Position numbers and translations under genes: made by a program. From Thermodesulfobacteriota bacterium (GTDB taxonomy: Bacteria > Desulfobacterota_D > UBA1144 > Nemesobacterales > UBA2774): a stretch of 64,000 nt of DNA. The notes under the pieces were generated by a model. The model saw only the letters and a program-made list of their open reading frames with translations. It had not been told where the DNA came from and searched no databases. Location: positions 2,976,001 to 3,040,000 of the forward strand of contig OZ244197.1 of NCBI GenBank assembly GCA_965216785.1, written 5' to 3'. Positions within the stretch are counted from its first letter, which is position 1; each line of letters opens with the position of its first letter. Shown one piece after another: positions 8,971 to 19,891 of the stretch.

Positions 8971-10812
8971 TTATGTCCTCTTAAACATCCTCTCAATCTC
9001 TTGGTATGTCAGCTTATGCGCAACAGGTCTTCCGTGAGGGCAGGAGTGCGGGAACTCCGAGCGGTCAAGCTCTTTTAGCAGCGACTCCATTTTCTCTAAG
9101 TTAAGCTCAAAACTTGCTTTAATAGACGCGTGGCAGGCCATCGTAGAGATTACCCTTTCTATTCTTTCACTCAAGCTCTTCTCCCCTCCGCTCTCGGCTA
9201 TTTCGGCCAATATATCTTTGATAAGCCCCGAGTAATCTGTGGATTTAATAAGCGCGGGAGCTGAGCGCAGCACTACGGAGTTTTGACCGAAATCCTCTAC
9301 TCTGAGACCAAGCGACAAAAGCTCCTCACGGTGCTTTTCAATCAAATTGGCCTCATACGGAGATAGCTCTAAAACCACAGGAACAAGAAGCTCCTGCACC
9401 TGCACAGGACTTGATTCAAGATATGCGTTCTTAATTTTTTCATAATTAATTCTCTCATGCGCCGCGTGCTGATCTATAAGGATCATACCCTTCTCGTACG
9501 CGCAAACTATATAAAGATCACCAAGCTGTCCTATAATCTTTAAACTCGAATAAAAACCCTGGCCCCCGAAAAGCTCTTCCGTTTCATCATTGATCTCCTC
9601 CTGACCCGTACTGAATCGCGCTTGTGATGTATCAGGCGTTCTGTCTCGTAGATCCTCAGAGCCGATACGTCCTATACCTGAAAGACTATCGGGGTAAGAA
9701 GAGTCTTTGTCTTGATCGTTCTTGTATACGGGACTCCTAGAGTTATGGGAACTATAGTGCGGGCGGTATTCTCTACCAGAATACTCTTTTCGGGCCATAT
9801 TGTCCGTTTTCGCCCGGTAATCATTTAACCATGGGGCAGATCTCAGCATTTGCTCGATTGCGGATTTTATTAAATCCCCCACTATTCTGGTGTTCTGGAA
9901 CCTTACTTCACTCTTTGTCGGGTGTACGTTAACATCCACATCACTAAAGGGAATTTCAACATATAAAGCTCCCTGGGGAAACTTGCCTTTCTCGAGCATT
10001 TTACCGTAAGAGTCTATCAGTACGCGCGTAAGGAAGCGGTCCTTCACACCTCTTCCGTTTACGAAAGTAAAGAGTTTTTGAGTGTTCGATCTGGTATCAA
10101 GAGGGCTTGACATAAAGCCCTTTATTTTAATTCCATTTGCTCCGGCGCCTACCCTATGGAGCTCACATTTCGGAAATATTTCAGCCACTCTGTCTGAAGT
10201 TTTATCCCGTCTCCTGAGATTCAGCAGCACTCTCCCACCGTGCGTAAGCTCAAATGAAGTACCAGGGCTCGAGAGTGCCAAGCGCTCCGTGACAGCTAGC
10301 ACATTACTAAGCTCTGTCTCGGTCCTTTTCATAAACTTATGTCTTGCGGGAGTATTGAAGAAAAGGTTTTTAACCTCTATGATTGTCCCTCCGGGAGCGC
10401 CGGTTTCCTCAACTTTTTTTATCACCCCGCCCTGAATCTTAACTTCTGTTCCAATTACTTCGGCTCCGGGTTTTGTCGTCATTGTGAATCTGGAGACGCT
10501 CGCGATACTCGGGACGGCTTCTCCGCGAAAACCAAAAGAGCTTACAGAGAAAAGGTCATCCACATCCCTAATCTTACTTGTGGCGTGTCTTTCGAGTGAG
10601 AGTAGCGCCTCGTCCCTGCTCATTCCCTGCCCGTCGTCTGAAACCCTGACGAGCCTCTTGCCGCCTGCTTCAAGCTCTATTTTTATCGCCGTAGCGCCCG
10701 CGTCAAGCGAGTTCTCGACCAGCTCTTTAACGACAGAGGCGGGCCTTTCGACTATCTCTCCCGCTGCAATTTTTGAGACAAGATTATCTGGGAGTATCCT
10801 TATTTTTCCCAT
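8971..10812 (-). CDS. mutL: DNA mismatch repair endonuclease MutL
   Basis: IAAGEIVERPASVVKELVENSLDAG, GFRGEA, DQHAAHER, CPHGRP. Start set at MGKIRIL (ORF track extends to 10848). Confidence 0.98.
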   Translation of the reverse strand: MGKIRILPDNLVSKIAAGEIVERPASVVKELVENSLDAGATAIKIELEAGGKRLVRVSDDGQGMSRDEALLSLERHATSKIRDVDDLFSVSSFGFRGEAVPSIASVSRFTMTTKPGAEVIGTEVKIQGGVIKKVEETGAPGGTIIEVKNLFFNTPARHKFMKRTETELSNVLAVTERLALSSPGTSFELTHGGRVLLNLRRRDKTSDRVAEIFPKCELHRVGAGANGIKIKGFMSSPLDTRSNTQKLFTFVNGRGVKDRFLTRVLIDSYGKMLEKGKFPQGALYVEIPFSDVDVNVHPTKSEVRFQNTRIVGDLIKSAIEQMLRSAPWLNDYRAKTDNMARKEYSGREYRPHYSSHNSRSPVYKNDQDKDSSYPDSLSGIGRIGSEDLRDRTPDTSQARFSTGQEEINDETEELFGGQGFYSSLKIIGQLGDLYIVCAYEKGMILIDQHAAHERINYEKIKNAYLESSPVQVQELLVPVVLELSPYEANLIEKHREELLSLGLRVEDFGQNSVVLRSAPALIKSTDYSGLIKDILAEIAESGGEKSLSERIERVISTMACHASIKASFELNLEKMESLLKELDRSEFPHSCPHGRPVAHKLTYQEIERMFKRT

Positions 10813-11278
10813 CTTCAAGCACCCCGGCAAAACGCCTTCTGCATACATCCAAAGTCATATTTCAAGACCGAAGCCGCCCATTGTCTAGTAGTAAATTCAG
10901 GCAATACTCTCGGCGTGAGCTGTGACTATGTCAGAATATCTTAAATAAGAGGACCGTAATAAAAAATAGCGTCGGCACGACAACGCACGCAATAGACAAT
11001 ACTGTATATAGAGAAAGCGTTGTTTTAGCCTTGACTCCGTATACGTCATTTGCGTGGTTTTTTAAAATCTTAAAATATTGATTCAGCATAGACTGTGTAT
11101 ATATTACACGAATTCCAGGGCTTCAGATATACTACGGATCAATACCGTTCCACTCTCTTAAATTTTACAAACGCTCATATCAGAAAAGATTTTATTTCAG
11201 AAAAACGGTATGCTACTATTTAAAATTGTATTATGTATAATCTTAGTTCGGACCGGCATATAAATCTAAGGAGTTAAC

Positions 11279-12730
11279 ATGCATTTCATACCCAGACCGC
11301 AATCAAAAAAACTGGTTTCAAAAATATCGGCGAAAAGTATTTTCATCATGATACTGCTGACTGTCTTCGCTTTGGGGCTCTACGCAAACAGGGCTGATGC
11401 GAAAAGGAAGGTGAACCCCGAACAAGCAGATAGAGTAATTGTGGTAAAGGATTACAAATGGGCCTCGGGCGGTAAGGGCAGACCCGGTATAATGCAGGAA
11501 ATAACACTTGAGAACAAAGGGAAGATGGACTATCAAAATATCGAAGTTGAAGTCGATTTCTACACTACAAACGATATCCCCCTTGGCTCACTCAGATCTA
11601 CGATAAGAGAAGTGCTGCCCGCAGGCAGTGAAAAGACGTTCTACAATCTGAATTTTGGCATGATGCACTCTGAGCTCAAGAACAGCATTGCCAGAGTCGC
11701 CGGCGCCGAAGTGATTGAGAAAGGCACTCCGACCAAGGCGAAAGACCTGATACTTGTAAAGAGCTGGGAATGGACAGGCGGTCAGTACGGCACGGAGGGA
11801 ATAATAAAGGAACTTACTCTTGAGAATAACAGTACTGAGAACTGGAAAGACATTAAGATCAGGATTGACTTCCTGGGACTCAGCGGAGGCAAGGTAGGCG
11901 TAAGGGGATTTACAAGTAGAGCAATAATACATGACATACTCCCGGCAAAGAGCACGCGGACATATGAGGGTATTAACGTAGGATTCCGCCACCCGGACGC
12001 AAAGGAAGTATCTATCAGCGTCATGGGTGCTAAGGAGATTTCCGAAAAAGAGGTCAGGTACCGCCAAGCAAAAAAAGACGGAAAGTCTCCAAGGAGTGTA
12101 AGGAAGAAAAAAGGCTCGCCCAAGGACAGCGACGGTGAGGATCTTGATCCTGAATACTACTCGGCTGACGGGGAGAAACTCTCCCTTTCCCAAAGATATA
12201 AAAGGAAGCTCGAGAAAGAACAGGGTCTTCCAGAAGGCAGCCTGAGCGAGGACACCTCGGGTGAAATAGCAAGCTACGATCCGGGCGATCAAGAGTCTAT
12301 GTCAGTCAGGGATATTATAACAAAACCTTCTGCCCGGGGTTACACTACCGCTCAAACAGGGGACGGCGAATATGAGGACTATGGAGACGAGGGCGAGTAC
12401 GAATATGAGGAAGAGGTACCTCTGCCTAGGGATGACATTATAGTTGAGGACTTTGTCTGGGGCGGCGGGGTAACTCAGACCATAGGATTCTTCAGAGAGA
12501 TTACACTTCAGAATATTAGCAGCATCGACTACACAAAAATCGACCTCAAGGTGGATTTCTTTTCCTTTACAGAGGAAACCCCTATGTTCTCTAATAGAGT
12601 CACGATTGTCGAAGTACTGCCCGCTCACAGTAAGAAGACTTTCAAGAACGTAAAAGCGGGATATCTAAACGCCATACCGGAAGAAGTGCGTGTGGAAGTT
12701 CTGGACGCAATTCCTTTCAGCCAGTATTAG
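11279..12730 (+). CDS. Exported protein with three Ig-like (FxLYD-like) repeats
   Basis: Signal peptide; three copies of IxVxxxxW.GG....G...E[IL]TL[EQ]N......I....DF...[VI]LPA.S..T[FY]. Confidence 0.6.
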   Translation: MHFIPRPQSKKLVSKISAKSIFIMILLTVFALGLYANRADAKRKVNPEQADRVIVVKDYKWASGGKGRPGIMQEITLENKGKMDYQNIEVEVDFYTTNDIPLGSLRSTIREVLPAGSEKTFYNLNFGMMHSELKNSIARVAGAEVIEKGTPTKAKDLILVKSWEWTGGQYGTEGIIKELTLENNSTENWKDIKIRIDFLGLSGGKVGVRGFTSRAIIHDILPAKSTRTYEGINVGFRHPDAKEVSISVMGAKEISEKEVRYRQAKKDGKSPRSVRKKKGSPKDSDGEDLDPEYYSADGEKLSLSQRYKRKLEKEQGLPEGSLSEDTSGEIASYDPGDQESMSVRDIITKPSARGYTTAQTGDGEYEDYGDEGEYEYEEEVPLPRDDIIVEDFVWGGGVTQTIGFFREITLQNISSIDYTKIDLKVDFFSFTEETPMFSNRVTIVEVLPAHSKKTFKNVKAGYLNAIPEEVRVEVLDAIPFSQY

Positions 12731-12747
12731 CTCTCTGAATTTTAGAG

Positions 12748-13824
12748 TTAAAATAAATCAAGCTGTGTACCGCATGGCCTTCTGAAATGATCAGTCGATA
12801 AAGAAACCTTCTCCTGGTTAAGCCCCGACTTTTTGCAAGAGAGCTGAAACATATTCTTTACCTGTTCTGCGAATATCCCCTCTCCCTTCATTCTAGAATG
12901 AAATTCGGCGCTGTTGAGATTCCCGCCTCTGACAGACTTAATCCTATTCAGCACCTTGTCCTTTCTGTCCGGGAAATACCTCTCAAGCCAGTTTGTGAAG
13001 ATATCCGAGACTCCGTACGGGAGTCTCAGCATTATATATCCCGCCCCTATAGCGCCCGCATCGGCCGCTGCTTGAAGTAAGCTCGGGAGCTCATGGTCTG
13101 TGAGTCCGGGTATTACGGGGGCTACCATTACGATCACCGGAACGCCCTCTCTTGAGAGCTCTTCAATAGCGCGCAGCCGTAGTTTTGGCTCTGATGTGCG
13201 GGGCTCCATAACCCTTTTAAGCTCAGGGTCCAGTGTGGTTATAGATAGGGCCACAAGAGCACCCTGCCAATGCGCGCACTCTTTCAAAATATCCTTGTCC
13301 CGCGTTACCAAATAGTTCTTTGTTACGATGCCCACGGGGTTTTTAAACTCGGCCAGAACCTTAAGACACCTGCGTGTAAGCTCAAAACGCTTCTCAGCAG
13401 GCTGATAACAGTCGGTATTGCCGCTAATAGCGATAGTCTCGGGGTTATACCCAGGAGAGCCGAGCTCTTTCCTTAAGAGCTCAGGAGCGTCTTCTTTTAC
13501 GAAGATGTTTGTCTCGAAATCAAGGCCCAGGGAAAAACCCAGAAATTCGTGAGACGGACGGGCATAGCAGTAAATACATCCGTGCTCACACCCTCGGTAA
13601 GGGTTAATACCCGCGTTAAACCCCACATCCGGGCTGTCGTTATATGTAATTATCGATTTTGCTGTGTCTTTGTAGAAAAGAGTCTTAGGCGATATACCTT
13701 CCCTAATCTCGTCCTCCGAAGGCTCAAACTCTATCTGCTCGAAACGGTTGGCCGGATTCTCCCCTGACCCCCTGCCCTTAATGCCAGGAATATTAGTGCT
13801 CAAAGATAGTCCCCTATCGGCCAA
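12748..13824 (-). CDS. Radical SAM protein, PA0069/Rv2578c (spore photoproduct lyase-like) family
   Basis: NPYRGCEHGCIYCYARPSHEFLG (CxxxCxxC), GLDFET, TDCYQPAE. Confidence 0.9.
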   Translation of the reverse strand: MADRGLSLSTNIPGIKGRGSGENPANRFEQIEFEPSEDEIREGISPKTLFYKDTAKSIITYNDSPDVGFNAGINPYRGCEHGCIYCYARPSHEFLGFSLGLDFETNIFVKEDAPELLRKELGSPGYNPETIAISGNTDCYQPAEKRFELTRRCLKVLAEFKNPVGIVTKNYLVTRDKDILKECAHWQGALVALSITTLDPELKRVMEPRTSEPKLRLRAIEELSREGVPVIVMVAPVIPGLTDHELPSLLQAAADAGAIGAGYIMLRLPYGVSDIFTNWLERYFPDRKDKVLNRIKSVRGGNLNSAEFHSRMKGEGIFAEQVKNMFQLSCKKSGLNQEKVSLSTDHFRRPCGTQLDLF

Positions 13825-13921
13825 AAAGATAAAAAGAAACCCATAAGAAAATTATAAAAGATGGTGAGCGATATTAATATAGGGTTTATTGCTGCTAATG
13901 TGAGTGTTATGAGATAGCCCT

Positions 13922-15016
13922 TTAAGAAGGCTCGGCAAATGTCTCAAGCTCTTTTACTAGCTCATCTACAATCTGGCTTTCTTTAAAAGAGCGCACCAGC
14001 TTACCGTCTTTGTAGAGCATCCCCTTTCCTCTTCCGCCCGCAATGCCGATGTCCGCTTCAGAAGCCTCTCCCGGGCCGTTTACTACACAGCCCAATATGG
14101 CTACTTTAATGGGTCTTGGCAGGTTGATATTGGAAATTCTGTCCTCGACATCTTTAACGAGCTTCATGAGGTCAATCTCGAGCCTTCCGCATCCGGGGCA
14201 CGATATAAGCTCAATCCCGTTCTGCCTCAGGCCAAGTGACTTAAGAATATTAAGCCCCACCACTATCTCGTCCACAGGGTCTCCGGTAAGAGATACCCTT
14301 ATAGTATCGCCAATTCCCTCAGCCAGCAGTGTGCCGATGCCGATTGAAGATTTAATCGTACCCAGCTCATAAGTGCCGGCCTCTGTTACTCCCAGATGAA
14401 GCGGGTATTCACACATTTTAGCCAACAGCTTATATGCGGCGATCATTTTTTTGACGTCTGTAGACTTAACCGAAATTTTTATGTCCCTGTAGTCAAAGTC
14501 TTCAAGTATACGTACGTGACGCATAGCGCTCTCGGCAAGCGCCTCGGCAGTGGGTGAGCCGTATTTTTTTAGTATGTCTTTTTCGAGTGAGCCGGAGTTC
14601 ACGCCGATCCTGATCGGAACTCCTCTTTCTTTAACTGCGTCCACAACAGCTTTTATCCTGTATTTGGCTCCGATGTTTCCGGGGTTGATCCTCATTCCGT
14701 CCACACCCTGTCTTACGGCTTCTAGCGCGAGCTTATAGTCAAAATGAATGTCTGAAACTATTGGTATCCGGGTCTGGCCCTTTATCTCGCCAAGGGCTTT
14801 TGCGGCGTCCATATCAGGTACAGCAAGCCGCACGATATCGCAGCCCGCAGCCTCTAAGCGCTTTATCTCATCCACCGTGGAGGCTACATCCCGCGTATCT
14901 GTTTTAGTCATAGACTGGACGGTAACGGGCGCACCGCCCCCGACTTTTACTCCGCCTAAATCAATCTGTCTTGAAGATCTATTCATTTCCGCCTGAGAAT
15001 ATTTTGATATTCCCAA
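13922..15016 (-). CDS. ispG: 4-hydroxy-3-methylbut-2-en-1-yl diphosphate synthase
   Basis: VQSMT, DIHF, RINPGNIG, HLGVTEAG, SCPGCGR, GCVVNGPGEA motifs. Confidence 0.98.
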   Translation of the reverse strand: MGISKYSQAEMNRSSRQIDLGGVKVGGGAPVTVQSMTKTDTRDVASTVDEIKRLEAAGCDIVRLAVPDMDAAKALGEIKGQTRIPIVSDIHFDYKLALEAVRQGVDGMRINPGNIGAKYRIKAVVDAVKERGVPIRIGVNSGSLEKDILKKYGSPTAEALAESAMRHVRILEDFDYRDIKISVKSTDVKKMIAAYKLLAKMCEYPLHLGVTEAGTYELGTIKSSIGIGTLLAEGIGDTIRVSLTGDPVDEIVVGLNILKSLGLRQNGIELISCPGCGRLEIDLMKLVKDVEDRISNINLPRPIKVAILGCVVNGPGEASEADIGIAGGRGKGMLYKDGKLVRSFKESQIVDELVKELETFAEPS

Positions 15017-15054
15017 TAATAATATATGTGTAACAGCCTATTGCAAAAGATAAA

Positions 15055-17346
15055 TTAAGGGGTTTCTGTATTCGGTGTAGAAGCTTCAGAATCTTGTTTT
15101 TTAGCTCCTTTTGATTTTGGGTGTTGTTTCCCCTCTATTATATTCCCATTCTCATCGATATTTTTTATATTCCTGCACCTGGGATAACCAGTGCATCCGA
15201 GAAATTTCCCGTAGCGGCCCTTTCTAACTGCCATCGCTTTACCGCACTTCTCACACTTAATGTCTTCGCGGATCTCGGGCTCCTCTTTTTCAATGACCTT
15301 AATGTTGCCTTCGGGGTCAAGCTCAAAAGCCTTAGCATTTTTACATTCCGGGTATCCTGAGCATGCCAGAAACTCACCGCGTCTCCCGGTTTTTATAACC
15401 ATCGGACGGCTGCACTTCTCACACTTAATATCTTCGCGTAGCTCAGGCTCCGCTCTTTCTATAATCTTTATCTTCCCCTCTTCATCATACTCAAAGGCCT
15501 TGGCGTTTTTACACTCCGGGTACTTTGAGCATGAGAGAAACTCTCCGTTTCTTCCCCACTTGATAATCATATTCGAGTGGCACAGGTCACACTCAATATC
15601 TGTTGCTATACCGTCCTTTCGGAGACTCTTCATCGAATCGTCCGCGCCCTCGAGCCTGGTGGAAAAACCGTCATAGAACTTTTTAAGGAGTTCTACCCAG
15701 TTCACACTCCCCTCTTCCACATCATCTAGCTTCTCTTCCATTTCCGCTGTGAACTGAACATCCATAATCTCGGGGAACCCCTGGATTAATAAATCACTCA
15801 CTGAGCAGCCAAGCAGTGTGGGCTTGAGCCTCTGCTTTTCTCTCTCAACATACTCACGGTCCTGAATTGTGGACAGTATGCTCGCATAGGTAGACGGGCG
15901 GCCTATCCCCTTTTCCTCAAGCTCTTTTACGAGTGAGCTTTCGGTGAACCTCGGGGGAGGCTGGGTGAAGTGCTGTTTGCCTTCAACATTTAATAGATCG
16001 AGGTTATCTCCTTTATTAAGATCAGGGAGCTTCTTTAGTTCATCTTTTTCTTTAGCTTCCTCTTCTTCCTCTTTACCTTCCAAGTAAACCGCTGAAAAGC
16101 CTGGGAATTTTATAATCGACCCTGTTGCCCTGAAAAGTCCCGGGCCTGCTTTAATCTCGGCTGTAGTCTGGTCATAGATCATAGGCTTCATCTGTGAGGC
16201 TACGAACCTCTGCCAAATGAGTTTGTAGAGCTTATATTCCTCTTCCGTAAGATAGCTCTTAATAGAGTCCGGAAGCTTATCGACAAAAGTGGGCCTGACG
16301 GCTTCGTGAGCGTCCTGCGCCGCTTTCTTTACTTTAAAGGAGTTTGGCTTATCCGGCAGATAATCCGCGCCGTAGGACTCTTTGATTAAGTTTCTCGCTT
16401 CTTCAACTGCGCTCGGGGAAATCCTGACCGAGTCTGTCCTCATATAAGTAATCAGACCGACCGGGCCCTCGTCTCCGAGGCCTATACCCTCGTATAGCTT
16501 TTGCGCTATGGACATAGTTCTTTTCGGGTTATATCTGAGCTTTCTAGATGCCTCTTGCTGCAAAGTGCTTGTAATAAATGGAGGTAAAGTGTTTCGCTTT
16601 TTATCTTTTCTCTCAACCGAGGTAACGGTGAAAGGCTCTTCCCTTACAGCGTCGAGTATTTTATTCGCCTGCTCTTCGTTTGATATCTCGGCCTTCTCTC
16701 CATCAAATTTTGCAAGGGCCGCAGTAAATGAAGCACCCGGCTCGTCCTGCGCCCTCTTTAACTCTGACTCGATGGACCAGTATTCGACTTTATTAAAAGC
16801 TTCAATTTCGCGTTCCCGCTCTACTATTATTCTGAGCGCAACGCTCTGTACTCTGCCCGCGCTGAGCCCCTTTCTTACCTTTTTCCATAGAATCGGGCTC
16901 ACTTGATAGCCTACAAGACGGTCAAGCACACGGCGGGCCTGCTGGGCTTCAAAACGCTCCTTGCTGAGCTCCGTAGGATTGTCAATCGAGTCTTTTACTG
17001 CGCTCTTGGTTATTTCATGTATAAGCACCCTATGCGAGCGGTCCTGTATACCGAGCTCATTCGCGATGTGCCAAGCTATGGCCTCGCCTTCACGGTCAGG
17101 GTCAGAGGCAAGATACACCTGATCCGCATTCTTGGCGGCTTTTTTTAGTTTATCCAGATACTTTCCCTTACCCCTAATCACCACATATTGAGGATTGAAG
17201 TCGTTTTCCACGTCCACACCGAGCTTACTGCTCGGAAGGTCAATAAGGTGGCCTGACGAAGCCTCCACACTGAAGTCGTCACCAAGGTACTTTTTTATTG
17301 TTTTAGCCTTTGCCGGAGACTCAACTATTACTAGCGATTTAGACAT
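15055..17346 (-). CDS. topA: DNA topoisomerase I with three C-terminal C4 zinc ribbons
   Basis: IVESPAKAKTI, DPDREGEAI, SAGRVQS, ITYMRTDS, GIGRPSTY; three CxxC...FLxCxxYPxC repeats. Confidence 0.98.
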   Translation of the reverse strand: MSKSLVIVESPAKAKTIKKYLGDDFSVEASSGHLIDLPSSKLGVDVENDFNPQYVVIRGKGKYLDKLKKAAKNADQVYLASDPDREGEAIAWHIANELGIQDRSHRVLIHEITKSAVKDSIDNPTELSKERFEAQQARRVLDRLVGYQVSPILWKKVRKGLSAGRVQSVALRIIVEREREIEAFNKVEYWSIESELKRAQDEPGASFTAALAKFDGEKAEISNEEQANKILDAVREEPFTVTSVERKDKKRNTLPPFITSTLQQEASRKLRYNPKRTMSIAQKLYEGIGLGDEGPVGLITYMRTDSVRISPSAVEEARNLIKESYGADYLPDKPNSFKVKKAAQDAHEAVRPTFVDKLPDSIKSYLTEEEYKLYKLIWQRFVASQMKPMIYDQTTAEIKAGPGLFRATGSIIKFPGFSAVYLEGKEEEEEAKEKDELKKLPDLNKGDNLDLLNVEGKQHFTQPPPRFTESSLVKELEEKGIGRPSTYASILSTIQDREYVEREKQRLKPTLLGCSVSDLLIQGFPEIMDVQFTAEMEEKLDDVEEGSVNWVELLKKFYDGFSTRLEGADDSMKSLRKDGIATDIECDLCHSNMIIKWGRNGEFLSCSKYPECKNAKAFEYDEEGKIKIIERAEPELREDIKCEKCSRPMVIKTGRRGEFLACSGYPECKNAKAFELDPEGNIKVIEKEEPEIREDIKCEKCGKAMAVRKGRYGKFLGCTGYPRCRNIKNIDENGNIIEGKQHPKSKGAKKQDSEASTPNTETP

Positions 17347-17830
17347 TTAACCTCCATGAGTCGGTACATATATAGTAAAGAGTAATCATAATCGGAATAG
17401 ATTCAACGTACTAATTTTTTACACTGGCATTTTACCTGAATTTAAATATATGCAAACATAAACAGGATATTTAATGATCCGGAATGGATTCAACAAGAAA
17501 AATAAACTTAGTAATACTGTTAAAGAATGACGCTTAAGTGCCTTTTACTAAATAAAAAGGAAGCTGGAGCTTCCTTTCCATCATCTTTTCTACAGTCTCA
17601 GAATATTATTATCAGACTGCGGCAGCTCTCCTTCCATACCACACTTCTGGAAATGAAATTTAATCTATTACCGTTTGGAGCATCCAACCTAACAACCTTG
17701 TTTGGGACTATGACGTAAGAGAGCCAGAATAAATATTAATACACACAAAATTCATAACGGCATTATAATTTTAGAGGGGATGAATCCACATTACACGGTG
17801 AAAACGTAATCAATATAGAAGGCAGCTATT

Positions 17831-18424
17831 ATGTCTAAAAATACAATAGAGATATTAATCATATCGGAGTCAAAGCTCCTTATCGACGGTATTCGTAAGA
17901 TCCTAGAGCCGGAACTCTTTATAAAGGTTATTGCGGATCTATCCGAGATAAAGCAAGTTCAGAGCTTTATGGATGAAAACGAACCTGACTACATATTCCT
18001 TGATAAGAGGGTACAGGACCCCGGTATTGAAAAGTTCCTTCTCACAAAAAAAATTAAGTCCAAGGGCACTGAAGTAATTCTTTTATCCGATGAAAATGAC
18101 AAAAACCCCGGGAGCTTCATAACAGTGAACCAGAGTACAAGTGCCGCTGAGTTGGTTGATATTATTAAAAACAACAGGAAAATTCATAAAGACTCGATTG
18201 TAAAAAACATAATCATCAAAGAACCTGAGACTAACGTTACTAAGACAGAGTCTCGAATTATTAACCTCGTAACTTCGGGCCATACGAATAAAGAAATAGC
18301 CGAAAAGCTAAAGGTGAGCGAGAAAACCATTAAAGCGCACGTTACAAGCATATTCACCAAGCTCAACCTTCAAAACCGATACCAGCTCATGGTCTACGGA
18401 AGAAGAAAGGCGAAAAAGGTTTAG
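17831..18424 (+). CDS. LuxR-family regulator with shortened, degenerate receiver domain
   Basis: C-terminal HTH GHTNKEIAEKLKVSEKTIKAHVTSIFTKL; receiver lacks the acidic pair and the conserved Lys. Confidence 0.85.
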   Translation: MSKNTIEILIISESKLLIDGIRKILEPELFIKVIADLSEIKQVQSFMDENEPDYIFLDKRVQDPGIEKFLLTKKIKSKGTEVILLSDENDKNPGSFITVNQSTSAAELVDIIKNNRKIHKDSIVKNIIIKEPETNVTKTESRIINLVTSGHTNKEIAEKLKVSEKTIKAHVTSIFTKLNLQNRYQLMVYGRRKAKKV

Positions 18425-18433
18425 AAAGCCCGT

Positions 18434-19738
18434 TTAGTTCCCTATACCCACACCGATATATTTAAATCCACTCTCGGAAAGTCTCTTTGGATTGTATAGA
18501 TTCCTTCCGTCAAATATTACGGACTCAGCCATAATCTCCTTGAGCTTTGTAAAATCCGGCTGCCGGTATTCATTCCACTCGGTATTTATAACCAGAGCAT
18601 CGGCGCCGCGGCAGACGTCATAGTTTGAATCAGCGTAGGTGAGCCTGTCCCCGTAGTGTTTTTTAAGATTATCCATTGCTGCGGGGTCATGCGCACAGAC
18701 TTGAGCGCCCGAGTCTAAAAACTTATCAATTAAAAATAGAGCCGGAGCCTCTCTGATATCGTCTGTTTCGGGTTTAAAAGAAATGCCCCAGAACCCGATT
18801 TTTTTACCTTCGAGCTTGCCTCCGAAATAATCCTCTATCTTTTTCCAAAACAGCTCCCTTTGTTTTGTATTCACATCATCTGTAGCGCCGCATATTTTAA
18901 GCTCGTAACCAAGCTCGTCCGCGGTACTTATCAGAGCCTTTACGTCTTTAGGGAAACACGATCCCCCGTAACCTATGCCCGGGAAGATGAAGTGTCTCCC
19001 GATCCTTGCATCAGAGCCTATCGCGTTTCTCACTTCCGATATATCCGCTCCCACAATTTCACATAAATTAGCGATCTCGTTCATAAAAGATATCCTGGTG
19101 GCCAGCATGGCGTTTGCAGTATATTTTGCAAGCTCGGATGATTTTACAGAAACAACCAGAGCCCTGTCACTTGAGCGCATAAATGGGGCGTATAGGTCTT
19201 TCAGCACCCCCGCCACAGAGGGTTTATCCGCGCCAATTATCACCCTGTCGGGTTTCATAAAGTCCTCAACAGCGGCCCCCTCTTTTAAAAATTCAGGATT
19301 TGACGCTACATCGAACTCCACATCTGAGTATTCCTCTATTACCGCTCTAATTCGCTCCGTCGTACCTACCGGAACAGTGCTCTTGGTAACCACTATCTTA
19401 TAACCATCCATACTCTCACCAATAGAGCGTGCTACGCTCAGTACCGCATCCATGTTTACCGAGCCATCAGAATTAGGGGGAGTACCTACAGCTATAAGTA
19501 TTACAAGCGAGTTTTTGATCGCATGATCTATATCCGTAGAAAAGCGAAGCCGGCCCTCTTTCACATTCTTTTTTACCAGATCTTCAAGCGCCGGCTCATA
19601 AAACGGGACTTGTCCCTCATTCAGAGCTTTTATCTTCTCTTCGTCTATATCCACACAAATTACGTTATTACCGCTTCCCGCAAAACAAGCGCCTGTCACA
19701 AGCCCGACATATCCGGTTCCTATTACACTTAAATTCAT
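18434..19738 (-). CDS. ugd: UDP-glucose 6-dehydrogenase
   Basis: GTGYVGL, SNPEFLKEG, GYGGSCFPKD, FKPETDDIRE motifs. Confidence 0.95.
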   Translation of the reverse strand: MNLSVIGTGYVGLVTGACFAGSGNNVICVDIDEEKIKALNEGQVPFYEPALEDLVKKNVKEGRLRFSTDIDHAIKNSLVILIAVGTPPNSDGSVNMDAVLSVARSIGESMDGYKIVVTKSTVPVGTTERIRAVIEEYSDVEFDVASNPEFLKEGAAVEDFMKPDRVIIGADKPSVAGVLKDLYAPFMRSSDRALVVSVKSSELAKYTANAMLATRISFMNEIANLCEIVGADISEVRNAIGSDARIGRHFIFPGIGYGGSCFPKDVKALISTADELGYELKICGATDDVNTKQRELFWKKIEDYFGGKLEGKKIGFWGISFKPETDDIREAPALFLIDKFLDSGAQVCAHDPAAMDNLKKHYGDRLTYADSNYDVCRGADALVINTEWNEYRQPDFTKLKEIMAESVIFDGRNLYNPKRLSESGFKYIGVGIGN

Positions 19739-19891
19739 ATTAATAACTCCTTTTGACTCTTTGTTGATTAAAACCTATTACAACTTTAATAGTATAAGCC
19801 CAAAAATAGATTAATTTATTTGCTCTTAGGAGTCTATTCAAGAATTTGAACAAGGTCATATATCAATCAAGCGCATGATTAGAGTTAAATT

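Noticed and set aside
15100-15600. Nucleotide-level repeats at the topA 3' end
   Set aside because: Explained by ordinary tandem zinc-ribbon domains.
17347-17830. Small ORF or sRNA in the topA-luxR gap (hairpin AAAGGAAGCT-GG-AGCTTCCTTT near 17556)
   Set aside because: No credible start or motif; a single hairpin is not enough evidence.
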